DNA from: Octopus vulgaris
Lineage: Eukaryota
Assembly (NCBI GenBank): GCA_951406725.2
Contig: OX597814.1
Coordinates: forward strand, 153,512,001 to 153,576,000
Length of the DNA stretch: 64,000 nt
Reading direction: 5' to 3'
The notes under the pieces are model-generated. The model made no database searches and was not told the DNA's origin. It saw only the letters and a list, made by a program, of their open reading frames with translations. Each line of letters begins with the position of its first letter. Position 1 is the stretch's first letter. Shown one piece after another: positions 49,786 through 62,121 of the stretch. Position numbers and translations under genes: made by a program.

Positions 49786-52700
49786 ATTCGAAAAAAAACT
49801 CCCACAATTCACCACGCCGCAGCAGCTTCCACCAACAAACTCAAACTCACAACCGTGATACACAATAAACGTAATCCAAAATATCCGACACAAACAAAAA
49901 AACCACCAGGTCACGATGAAAGACAAGGCCTGTTTGCAAAATATATAAGAGTTTTTCTAGTGACGTCTGCCACTGATTTCGAAAAACTGACTGTAAGCAT
50001 TATTAAATCTCAGAACAAGATGTAAACAGTAACCGCTCGACAATGTAAAGTATAAAAGCCATCTTAATATGACTAACCACAAAGGGGGGAGGGTATTACT
50101 GTAGCTTTTTAGCTAAAAAAAAAGCTACAGTAACACCCCCTCCCCACAGACTGCATATTTTCAATGCTTTCACAAATGGCATAGTCTTATGAAAACTCTT
50201 CCCATAATGGTTACTCAGTCTCCTAATTTGGCTTGTTAAATTTTGTGGAATTTTTTTTGTCAACATGTCTCAGTATATATATTATGGAATAACTTCAGTG
50301 TGCTTAGTGCAGTGACCAAAACAGGTAACTAAATAAAGAGGAATTCAATAAGTGATTAAGTGATCCAAACAAGTTTGGACAAAAGATGATAATGATGATG
50401 ATGATGATGAAGTAAATAAATACAAAATAAGAAAATAGTATATGATTAAAGTATGAATGTTGAGTTGAATGATAGTTAAATAAAGAAAATAGTTGAATAA
50501 ATATGAAAAAATTAGAGATGTTACATGAACAAACTATAAGGAGTTGTAAGTAATCAAATGATATTATTGGTAGAGTCTTTGTGACTTGGATTTAAATTAT
50601 GGGATGAATTTCATTTTATCTTTGGATAGAATTATGAGTTTATTGTAGAAGTAAGATTTACACAAGAAAATCTTTTTGTTATATTCATTTAATAGGCAAT
50701 CTGCAACAAATAGAATAGCTATAATTTCTTAAAACATAAATTGCAAGCTCTCTTATTTTGGGTATCGGATTCGATTCTATGCCAAAAATCAATTGCATTT
50801 GAGTGTAGTTTGTAGTGTTCTTTAGCTCCTAAGTAAATGTAATTTTGAGAGTGATGTTTCCTTTTCTTTGTTTAAGTTTCTGAATGTATGAGTGTGGTTG
50901 TGAAGTATAGTTTAAAAGGTGTAGAGGTGAAACGTGTGTGTGTATGTGTGTGCATGTGTGTCTGTGTGTGTGTGTGTGTGTGTAATAATGAGATAAAAAA
51001 ACAAAATTCACAACATGTCAAAGAATCTATACATACATGCACATATATTGAAAGAGAGGGTAGAGAGAGAGAGAGAGGTGAGGCAGGAAGGAGAGAGATA
51101 CACATGCACATGTAGACACACACACATACACACATGTGCATGTGCACACTGATATAAAGGAGTCAACCTGATTATGTGGCTGGTACATTTTATACATACA
51201 TTTGTGTATGTGCACATGCACACAAACCTCTCCACCACCACATAAATATCTATGTTTACTATCAGTAGAGGATATACAATTTCTTCAGTAAATAACATAT
51301 GTATTTAATAATTTCACATAGGAAATAATGTGACTCTGCAAATATTTCTTGGCTGCTCTCTTTTCATACCAGAATGAAATGTCAAGTTAACAATTATTCA
51401 AAACTCCTGGCATGCTCAAATGAATGTTCAACTTTTATTTCCTCTATACTGCTGCCAACTGATGAAAAAAAAAAATACTTTGTTTCATATAAGCCTGATA
51501 AAATCTGCTTATATTAATGTTGAGTTAATTGTGAAACAATTTTTATTTTAGACTTTGATGTGAGATAACATTCCGGGAGTGTGGAAATATGAAATTATTC
51601 TACCTGTGTATCAGCAAACAGTTCTTTATTGCATATTATTTTCATTTTAACCAGCACCCCCTTCCTCCCTCTCTCTCTGAAAATTTAAAAAAATAAAAGA
51701 AAAACTATTATCTTCAGGAAAAAAAGAGATTCTTTAAAAAGAACTCTTTGAAATTGTGTTTCAAAAAGAACTGCAATATTCATTTTAAAGATACAAAGTG
51801 ATACTGAAAAGATGGCCATATCCTGTTCAGACATCTCATTACATAGCTAAAAATCATCTAACAATTGGATATTTTTTCTTCTTACAAATAAAACTGCCAT
51901 TATTTTTTCAGTCTTTAGTTCAGTTTTGGGTTGTGTCCTCCACATTACCTTATTTACAACAACTGATGCTGTTTATTCTTCTGAGTTTACTAACCATTCC
52001 ATTATTATTATGTTTCTACTATTATAACTGTTTGTGAAGGCATGTTGCTTGGTTGTTAGGGTGTCACACTCATGATTGCAAGATTGTGGTTTTGGTTCCC
52101 AGAAAAGGTGAAGCATTGTGTTCTTGAGCAAAAGAACCCCCCCCCATTTTATTTCATGTTGCTCCAGTCCACTCAACTGTAGACAAGTAACCCTGCAATG
52201 GACTGGCATCATATCCAGGGGGAATGTTGTGATCTCGGTCACTTAGACAACATGGAAACCAGATAACTGGTCCTATCAGTCCTAGGACTTGAGATAGATC
52301 TTACTTAGTTTGCAGTCCTTTTTGCTTCATTTGTGTTATAATCCTGATGAACTCAAACAGGTTATGAGTTTTAACTTACCACTATCACAATCATCAGTGT
52401 TGGTTATAACATCATCATCCTTTATTGTCTGTTTTCTATGTTGGTATGGATTTATGTAGATTATCACAGTATGATTCAGTTCCCATTCAGAAAAACAGCC
52501 CTTCAAGATGGTTTGAAGAACATCTCATTCATGTGCTACTTTTGGCTTGGACTTTTTTTATGACTGGAAGTCCTTCCTAACAATAACAATTTTACAGAGT
52601 GTATTGGATGTATTTATCATGGCACCAGCACAAGAGAAGTTGTCATGTCCTTAACAAAACTAGAATATCCTCTCCACTCCAAGTGGACAACCACTTGTTG

Positions 52701-53272
52701 TTAACCTCTTTAGACAATGCACCGAGTGCACTACCATTAGTGGTGTAACCAGTAAGATTAAAGAGTTCTCACCACTTTATCAATTAATTTACAAACCAAG
52801 ATTTTTATTCATAACTGTTGATTTTTCTGTTTAATGATTTTCATCACAACTTATTTGAAACTTCTTTTGTTTCTATGATACCTAACACCCAGTTTTAATA
52901 TGTTTGTATATAAATTTAAATCTTCCCTCATAGATTTAAGTAAGGTCCTTTATTTAAGTTATGTTCCAAACTCCAGCCTAGAACATATTACTGAAAGAAA
53001 ATGAACTACTTTGCTAAATTTTTCCAAAATTTATTCAAACATATAAGGAAGCATGTTTTTGTTAAAAGTATTGAAACAAAAATAAAATGGAATTAAAATA
53101 AAATATGATTTATTTTCTTTGTAGCCTTTGTTCTCTGACTGAGATCAAAATGATACATTACTATACAAATGGGATTTATTTAACAATTTTTTAGAATTCT
53201 GAAGTATGATCATAGCAACCCTTGTAGATCAAAACTTCTCATCTGGTTGAAATGGCAGAACAGGTAAAAACA

Positions 53273-53331
<59 letters not shown>

Positions 53332-54281
53332 TGAAATAACAAGGGTCCTCTGAGTGGTTATTGTTATTTAAACATGGCTCAGTTTTGATTAAAGGCATTC
53401 TAGGTTTGACTACCCTTTCTCAATTTTTTTTAGTTATTCATAGTCAGTAGAGTATAATTTAGGAGAGATTTGGCTGCTGTATCTATCATATCAAGCAACC
53501 TCATAGAAACTGCCTCATTGGCTTGTCCCAAGCTGGTTGCTTGGATTATTGTTAAGAGTAGTTGAATCTTCAGATCATATTCTACAATTTAAAAAAAATG
53601 GAAAGTCACAGGGTCACATAGTCACAACTACAGGATATAATGGAATGGTCATGGCTGGAATGCCTTTGAACAGATGTTTGCTCAATCATAGCTGATATGG
53701 AAATAAACAACAGCAACAACAATGACAGCAATAACAACAACACAAGCAAATAATGAGATCACATGGTGAGCAAGACTGACAACTGCATTTAAAACAGTTT
53801 AAAGAGTTGTCAAAATAATCTACTGGGGCAAAGATGACCCAGATATTTGAAATTTCTTGGAACAAAATTATCTAATGGATGCTTTCTCTCTCCCCCACCT
53901 CTTTCTCTTCCTCTTTCTCTCTCCTACTTCCCACCTGGGATTCTATATGCTTTTTAATTCTAAAAAGCATATTGTTCTGGTAATTTAAGGTGAACCAGAT
54001 ATTTTTTTCTTTAATGTCTGATGTGTAGCAAAAACAAAACAGTAACAAAAAAAAAATGAATAAAGTAGAAAAACTGCAAGAAACCATGGTATTTGTTTGT
54101 TTACAATGTATTTCTTTCAAAATAAAATAGAAATTTCTTTACAAGCAAATTATATGTTGACTCCTACTTTGTGTCTGTTTAACTAATACATCATAATTTT
54201 GAGAATCATAACAACAGTATGTGTGAGTGTGTGTATGTGTTGTATGTATGTGTTGCATGTATGTGTGCATACGTGTGTTTA

Positions 54282-54766
54282 TGTGTGTATTATCTTGTTA
54301 ATCAGTTGGAAGATATCAGTACAGATCAGTGAACAGTTTGTTAGCAGAAATTATAAACAAGACCATCAGCTCTTGTTAGCTTCATTGGTGACCTCATTCA
54401 CAAGGCTCAATGTTTTGAGATCAGGCTTCAATATTTCCTCCCATGTTTTCCTGGGTCTCCCTCTTCCACAACTTTCCTAAAGTTGTTATCTCTACAAGCT
54501 CTCGTGAATATGCTCATCATTGTTGTGCTTCATCAGAAGTGAACAGTTTCTCCTTTATGATGAACATGTGTTCATAATACAATAGATCCATTAATACAAG
54601 AGATTCCTGGTATACCATTGTTTCAGCATGTATCTTGTTAGACAGAAGCACCCCTGGACCAATGAAGCTAACAAGAGCTGATGGTCTTGCTTATAATTTC
54701 AGCTAACAAACTGTTCACTGATCTGTACTGATATCTTCTAACTGATTAACAAGATAATACACACAC
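54282..54766. repeat. Inverted repeat (about 108-bp arms) between (TG)n and (CA)n
   Basis: 54282-54389 vs 54658-54766, few mismatches. Confidence 0.9.
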
Positions 54767-55717
54767 ACATACAAGGTACCATGTAAAAAGCATTGGTGTT
54801 GGTGCTGGTACCATGTAAAAGGTACTGGTGATGGTGCCATGTAAAAAGCATCCAGTACACTCTGTAAAGTGATTGGTGTCAGGAAGGGCATCTGGCTGTA
54901 GAAACTAAGCCAAAACTCACTATGGAACTGGCGTGGCTCCTGTCAAACCATCCAACCTCTGCCAGATGGAAAACAAGCATTGAAATGATGATAAAGATGA
55001 ATTGCATTAAATTTATTTTATGACAACTGATAAAGATAACTGCTTATTTGAATAGACCTCATTCTATATAAGACTTGTATAAAATGTATAATTAATGTTG
55101 CTTTAGAATATAACTGATAATCAACTGCAAAATGTATTTTTAGAACTTTTAAAATTACATCACAGTTAAAATACATAGCGATGGTCGATATATTGAAAAT
55201 TTACAATTTCAGGAATATATTTATTTAAAAAGTGTCATAAGTTCCTTCACTTATCCTGTTCATTGATTAATTCTACCATGCACAGAATTAAAGTCATACA
55301 AATTTATAACTGCGCAAGGATTATATATTGACCCTAGTAATAAGATATCAACAACATAGTAGCTTGTTTCTCCTTAGCAACTCTGGGCTGCATTAAATAT
55401 ATTGAAATTATTTTAGTTTTTAGTATGCAGAAGGGAAATATTAGCTGTTTTAAAGATTGTTCCAAACAGTTGCAAGAAATTGGGAGTGCGAGGGCAAGAG
55501 CTAGTTGATGATCGGATATCATAATTAGATGTGTGTGTGTATGTGTGTATTGAGAAACTAAAAAGAGGAAGAAGAACATGTGTGTTGTAGGATGACTAGC
55601 TGTTTGAGAGAGGAAGTGAAAAACATAAAAAAAAAAGGATGCAGAAACAAAGAGGTGACAGTGGAATATAGACAACTCAAATGTAGCCTGAATACCCTTA
55701 TATATATATATATATAT

Positions 55718-56042
55718 AGGCTGACCCCCTTCGGTCATGAATGACCATGGAATTGCACCTAGAAAGTTACCCTCCAAGGCACAAGTCTGGGCAAGGTTGT
55801 TTATGGAAGAGCAGCAGTCAGCCATACATACCAGCCTCTCCTCTCCATGCCGCCAATGTTATCCAAGGGAAAGGCAAAGGCACCAGTGACATCACAACTC
55901 ATTTCTACAGCTGAGTGAACTGGTGTAACATGAAATAAAGTGTCTTACTCAAAAACACAACACACAGCCTGGTCCAGAAATCGAACTCACAATCTCATGA
56001 TCATTAGCTCAATGCTTTAACCACTGAGCCATGCACCTTCAC
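55718..56042 (-). mobile_element. tRNA-derived SINE (family D-like head)
   Basis: Minus strand tggctcagtggttaaagc...gagttcgatttc. Confidence 0.75.
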
Positions 56043-56051
56043 ACACACACA

Positions 56052-56410
56052 ATAACACAGATGAGTTGAGGTTCACTACAGCTGTTTTGAATATATTCTT
56101 CATTGATAAACAAAAACGTTACATCATGCAAAAACAGAGTTTTCATCAGGTGAATTAAGAGTAAAATTTAACACTTCGGATTCTTCCCAAAATTAGAACA
56201 CAATGCAAGTTAACCACTCCCACCCCCATCTAGGTTACAACTAAGAGAGTACATTATGTTCTATTTTTGTGAAGACTCCTCAGTGTTAAATTTTACTCTT
56301 AATTCACCTGAAGAAAACAGTTGTTTTTTTTTTGTATGATGTAACATTTTTGTTTATCAATAAAGAAGACATCTGAAACAGCTGTAGTGAATTCAATCCA
56401 TCTGTGTTAT
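56052..56410. repeat. Fold-back (about 125-bp arms) with an HHR-like motif in each arm
   Basis: 56052-56175 vs 56282-56410; right arm AAUUCAC|CUGAAGA|...|GAAA|CAGCUG|UA|GUGAAUU (56301-56393). Confidence 0.8.
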
Positions 56411-57175
56411 CATTTATAGTTCACCTCACTCTGAACCTTTCCTGCATTGGATCTGGGGCCTATAGTTGACTGTGGAATGTATGCCATGAGTGCACTCCTG
56501 TGAAACTTTGCATACATATTGTGTATTTGGTTAGTACTTGTGAATGTGTGCATAACTGGAGTGACAAATCTATATTTACTTTAGTAACTATGTATATGTC
56601 CATATACATTGTTAGTGCAAAGGTACGCTATCCCTGACTCTACATTGGTGTCTTTGCTATTTAAGTACTTTGATTCTATAGGATCTTGCAAATTTTATAT
56701 ATACATATAATAGATAGTATATAAAAAATAGCATATGATAAATAGAGGCAGTTAGTGCTCACATTGGACCAGGTACCTAAAATCTAATGTTGAATGGAAG
56801 GAGATAGAATTGAGGCAAACCAGAGTTGGATACAGGTAAAGTACTGATTGAGTTAAAGTAAGAACAATAGGATAAAAGATGGACAGGTGTTGTTAAAGGC
56901 ATCAAAATATTCATAAAATAGATATGAAGGAGTGATGATAAATATAATTAAGCAGAAATACAAGAAAATCAGAAAATTGGGAAAGCAAGAGTTCATAACC
57001 TGAAAGTTCATACTCTAATATCACAGGTAAAAGAGAGGAAAACCCAAGTTCTTCATAGGTAGATATCTGGAGAGTTCATATTCAAACCTCACATATAAAA
57101 GAAAAGAGAATATGGGTAATCCTTTACAACTGTTTCTGAGGCATGGTGCTCAATTAGTGGAGTAGTGTGAATAGA

Positions 57176-57208
<33 letters not shown>

Positions 57209-58187
57209 GTATTTAAGCAGTCTATTAAAGAAAGTTCCTGGATATTTCTGAATACAAGAAAGGCTAAAAAAATGAAATAGGGTATTTAATGAAACTGAAA
57301 TATTCTGCAAAGCTTGTAAGGTTTTAATAGAAGTGAGTGTCTCCTCCATCACTCATCTATTATTATCTATGGTTTGTCCATTTTGATGCCATCTTATCTC
57401 CAACAACCCTTGATATATGATACAAACATCCTGTTTTAAAGTGACCTAAAAATCAAATCTTTCATCATAATTTCATGTTAATTTATGTTCCAAATACCAA
57501 TTTAGTAATCACAGTTTTTAATTGAATGAATCAATTTTTTTCCCCAAAATTAATTGAATAAAAGGCAGTGTGTTTCAATAGAACAATGGTAACAAAAAGG
57601 TTAATGTCATTTATTTGTCTCTAACTTAAATCATATTACCCAGCTCTACTATCATGGAATGATGGTGTCTTCTCTTAATCCTGACATTTGTATTTCAGAA
57701 ATCCTTTCACTTGGTTTCTTTGTGATGATATAAAGATCTGTGTAATGTCTGAAGTTACATTTTACACAAAACGAAAATTCTAAAGCTTTCATAACGTTTC
57801 CCAATAAACAATATTTTCAGTCAATCATATATTAGGAGTTAATAATATATGCATTTTAATTCCACTACCTACTGCTAAACAAAGCCTGGCAGGAAACAGT
57901 AGTCTCTTGAGAAGGAGTAGTTGCTGGAGGCCAGATATGCATTCATTTCTAGAGACCCTGCTGCTGGTGTTCTCATACAATTTCCCAATATTCTGACAGG
58001 TGACCTGCACTGTATCTGTCTTCTGGTTCCTGGCAATATTTGACTTCTAGGAAGTTATGTTTCTCTTTTGTCTTAGTATCATGTGGCTAAGTAAAAAGAA
58101 AGAAAATAACGATAGAATTCAAAATCTATCACTTCAAAGAACTAATCACCATAACAGGTATATATTTCTATAATAATAATAATAATG

Positions 58188-58284
<97 letters not shown>

Positions 58285-59065
58285 TAACATATATGTGTGT
58301 GTCTGTGTGTGTATAAATCATATTTTCACTCATACACATATTTATGTTTATATATACGAGTGTGTATGTATATACATATATACACACACACATACATATT
58401 CACACTCAGACACACACACACACACACACACGCACACATACACACACATAAAGCTAAACTTGAACAAACTGAGTTAAGAATTATATGGATGAAAGGCAAT
58501 AAAAGTTCAAAACACAGTAACGTGATGGAGAAATGATTGAAAACAAACATGGCATTAAGTCTGAGCACATTTGATTTGGAGGACAAACATGGAAAATAAG
58601 AAAGCCAAAACAGAATTTGTAAAATGTCAAAGAGATTGATATGTGTGTGAAGATCTTAGAAAATTTAAGTTTGTTAAATTTCTATTCACGTATAAAGTCT
58701 GTTTTGACATTGATTTCTTTAAAATCTATATAATGACAAATATGAATTTCAAAAATATTAAGACTAATTATAACTGCAACTGAAATAGTTTCTTTATTAT
58801 AAGAATGATCTACAATGAAATAAGTTAAAAATGAAGAAAATCTATGTATAGATGCAGACATGGCTGTGTGGTAAGAAGCTTGCTTCCCAACCACATGGTT
58901 TCAGGTTCAGTCTCTGACTATAGCTCCATGCTGTTGAAATCTTTAATAGATCACGTACATGGAAACTGAAAGAAGTATGTTATATATATATATATATATA
59001 TCGTGTGTGTATCGATGGCGATTTTTTTTTCTCTGTCTTCCCTTCCTTGGACCTTTCCATTTTCT

Positions 59066-59103
59066 ATGTTTCTGATGAAGAGCTCCGCTCAAAACTTTAA
59101 ATC
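59066..59103 (+). ncRNA. Inactivated minimal hammerhead motif in a microsatellite-bounded repeat (about 59002-59620)
   Basis: CUGAUGA A GAGC-UCC-GCUC AAAA(C); GAAA apparently mutated to AAAA. Confidence 0.6.
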
Positions 59104-59665
59104 CTCCTTCTTTCTTTCCTTTCCGGAGCATCCAATAGCACTATACTTGTTCCACATCCTCGCATTGTTGTATTTTCTCTTTGTTCATGTTTGGATTAAC
59201 TATAAAAATATATATATATATATATATATATGATAAACTTACTTGGAAATGGATGCATGGTGTTCGATAAAATAATAATAAAAATAATGTATGCATATAT
59301 ACACACACACATATGTATGTAAATGGGTACAGGGCATCATAAAATGTAAACAACATGAATGCAAAAATAAAGTTGGGCACGCAAAGAATGAGAAAAACAA
59401 ATGGAAAACAAGACAAGTGACATAAAAAACGACCCTTCATAAGTAGTTGGCTGTCCTTCTACTCCTTATTTTGAGCAATAAACGACAATATGAGACTTTG
59501 AAGGCAGTTGCTCCTGCGAGCCAAATTAAAAATTTGGGATTTGCGGAGAGTCAAAGTTAGTAACAAAAACAGGACAGACAACAAACCAGCCGAAACGAAG
59601 ACAAAAATTTAATATTATACACACACACACACACACACATATATATATGTATATATATATATATA

Positions 59666-59711
<46 letters not shown>

Positions 59712-60116
59712 TGCAGAAGTGGCTGTGTGGTAAGAAGCTTGCTTCCCAGCTACATGGACCTGGGTTCAGTCCTACTGCATGGCACCTTGGGCAAGTGTCT
59801 TCTACTATAGCGTCGGGCCAGCCAAACCCATGTAAGTGGATTTGGTAGGCAGAAACTGAAAGAAGTCTTTTGTATATATATGTGTGTGTATGTATGCATT
59901 TGTGTCTTTTTGTCCCCCCACCATTGCTTGACAACTGAAGTTGGTGTGCTTATGTACCCGTAACTTAGCAGTTCAGCAAAAGGAACCAATAGAATAAGCA
60001 CTGGGCTTACAAAAAATAAGTCCTGGGGTTGATTTGCTTGATTAAAGGCACTGCTCTAGCATGACCACAGTTAAATGACTGAAACAAATAATAGGATAAA
60101 AGAATATATATATATA

Positions 60117-60258
60117 CCGTAAATCCTCGAGTATAATCAGCATTTTTTTCCTAAAATTTAAAGGTCAAAATCCCTGTGCATACTATATACGAGGTTAAAA
60201 ATGAAAAATATTTTCTAAGCAATGTCCAAGTCTGGCAATGTTTATTCAGGATTTACGG
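60117..60258. mobile_element. Tc1/mariner-pogo type MITE with TA TSD
   Basis: TA|ccgtaaatcct ... aggatttacgg|TA. Confidence 0.8.
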
Positions 60259-60259
60259 T

Positions 60260-60290
<31 letters not shown>

Positions 60291-60392
60291 CAACTAATAA
60301 GGGTGAGAAAATTGGATACTAATTTAATAGTACCATCAATTTAACACCAAGTGGCTTAGTGCATAAAAACTGGGAATACAATAAATTTTATA

Positions 60393-60942
60393 CTTAAATA
60401 TAAGAGAGTGACCACTATGTGGTCGACTCTAGCACTAAAAATTGATCCGATACGGTTTAGCCATGAAGAATTGTTTCCGATGAAAGTTAGCACAACTATT
60501 AGCGTAAACGAGTCGGGCAAATAAAAAATAACAAAAATGTAGATTAATTCAGGACAATTGTTTCGCTATTAATAAATTATGTAATTTTACTCACATAACA
60601 GGGCTTTGGTGGGGGCACTTGAATTATAACGGCGAATGCAATCGACTGAACCACATGTGTGTTTATCGTTATGGTAAAATCTGGCATGCAGTTGAGTAAA
60701 TTGTATTCTAGACAAATTCAGCTGAGGAGCTACAGATATGTTATGTGAGTAAAATTACATAATTTATTAATAGCGAAACAATTGTCCTGAATTAATCTGC
60801 ATTTTTGTTATTTTTTATTTGCCCTACTCGTTTACGCTAATAGTTGTGCTAACTTTCATCGGAAACAATTCTTTGTGGCTAAACCGTAGTGGATCTATTT
60901 TTAGTGCTAGAGTCGACCACATAGTGGTCACTCTCTTATATT

Positions 60943-60945
<3 letters not shown>
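60393..60945. mobile_element. Fold-back Penelope-like pseudo-LTR element (about 207-bp arms) between (TA)n tracts
   Basis: 60393-60600 is the reverse complement of 60739-60945 with few mismatches. Confidence 0.85.
60715..60793 (+). ncRNA. Intact minimal type I hammerhead ribozyme
   Basis: Stem I AAUUCAG/CUGAAUU (7 bp), CUGAGGA 60722-60728, stem II GCUA/UAGC, GAAA 60775-60778, palindromic CAAUUG, GUC cleavage triplet ending 60786. Confidence 0.88.
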
Positions 60946-60992
<47 letters not shown>

Positions 60993-61214
60993 TAAAAAGC
61001 ATTGGTGAAGGTGCGACATAAAAAGTACCCAATACTCACTGTAAAGTGGTTGGTATTAGGAAAGACATCCAGCTATAGAAACCATGCCAAAACAGACAAT
61101 GGAACCTGGTGCAGCTTCTAACCTTGCCAGATTCTGTCAAACTGTCCAAACCATGTTGGCATGGGAAATAAATGTTAATTGATGATGATGGTGAGGACGA
61201 CAATGATGGCAGTG

Positions 61215-61264
<50 letters not shown>

Positions 61265-62009
61265 TGTGTGTCTCTGTGTGTGTATTTATGTGTGTGCCTT
61301 TGTGCTTATGTCTGTCCCCTATTGCTTGACAGCCAGTGTTGATTTGTGTACATCTCCATAGCAATTTGGCAAAAGATACCAACAGAATAAGTGCCAAACT
61401 TTAAGAAATAGTACTGGGATTGATCTATTTGACAAAAACAAAAAAAATCTTCCAAGGTGGTGCCCCAGCATGACTTCGGTTTAGTGGCAGAAACAAATAA
61501 AAGATAAAAGACAAAGTCAATGTTACAAGCTGTTGTTTAGCTCAACATCAGGTCTGCCTGGTTAGATTTAGTATCAAAAGCACTTCAGAAGTGACCAATT
61601 CATCTTTTCCTTGGGATGCAATTATTTATGATTGATGGAGGACAACTGAACTGAGAGAAACCCCCACCCACTGGACGCAAGAAGAATCATATGTGGTGTG
61701 CAAGAGAGAAGACTGCATTGTTACTGATAAGCAATGTTTATGGAGGACATCAGCTGTATAAAGAAGTACTAAGTGGGTGGAGCCTGTGGAAGAGACAAAC
61801 AGAAAGAGAGGGGGGAGGTAGAAAGAGAGAGAGAAATTATATACATCACAAAAGTACTCAATTTCTGGAACTTTACTTTAACAAAGACACAGGCCTGGCT
61901 GTGTGGTAAAAGTTTTCTACCCAACCATATTATTCTGGGCCCAGTCTCACTGCATGGCACCTTGAGCAAGTGTCTTCTATATTTGGTAGATGGAAACTGA
62001 AAGAAGCCC

Positions 62010-62121
<112 letters not shown>

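Larger units (their letters stand above)
47636..50145 (-). mobile_element. HHR-bearing tandem array (retrozyme/Penelope pLTR-like, 358-nt period) interrupted by an ORF1-only insert
   Basis: Repeat copies 47636-47969, 47970-48252 continuing at 49905-50113; terminal inversion 50115-50145; left end in (TA)n. Confidence 0.85.

Noticed and set aside
48253-49904. Insert as a spliceosomal intron of the repeat unit
   Set aside because: On the ribozyme (minus) strand no AG acceptor reproduces the uninterrupted junction; a 16-bp duplication explains it better
47636-50145. Conventional LTR retrotransposon (LTR-gag-LTR)
   Set aside because: Repeats are tandem and circularly permuted around the ORF, lack TG...CA ends, PBS and PPT, and carry hammerheads plus a fold-back
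59425-59460. Second HHR core on the minus strand (CUUAUGAAG)
   Set aside because: Core is mutated and no GAAA-stem III partner is nearby
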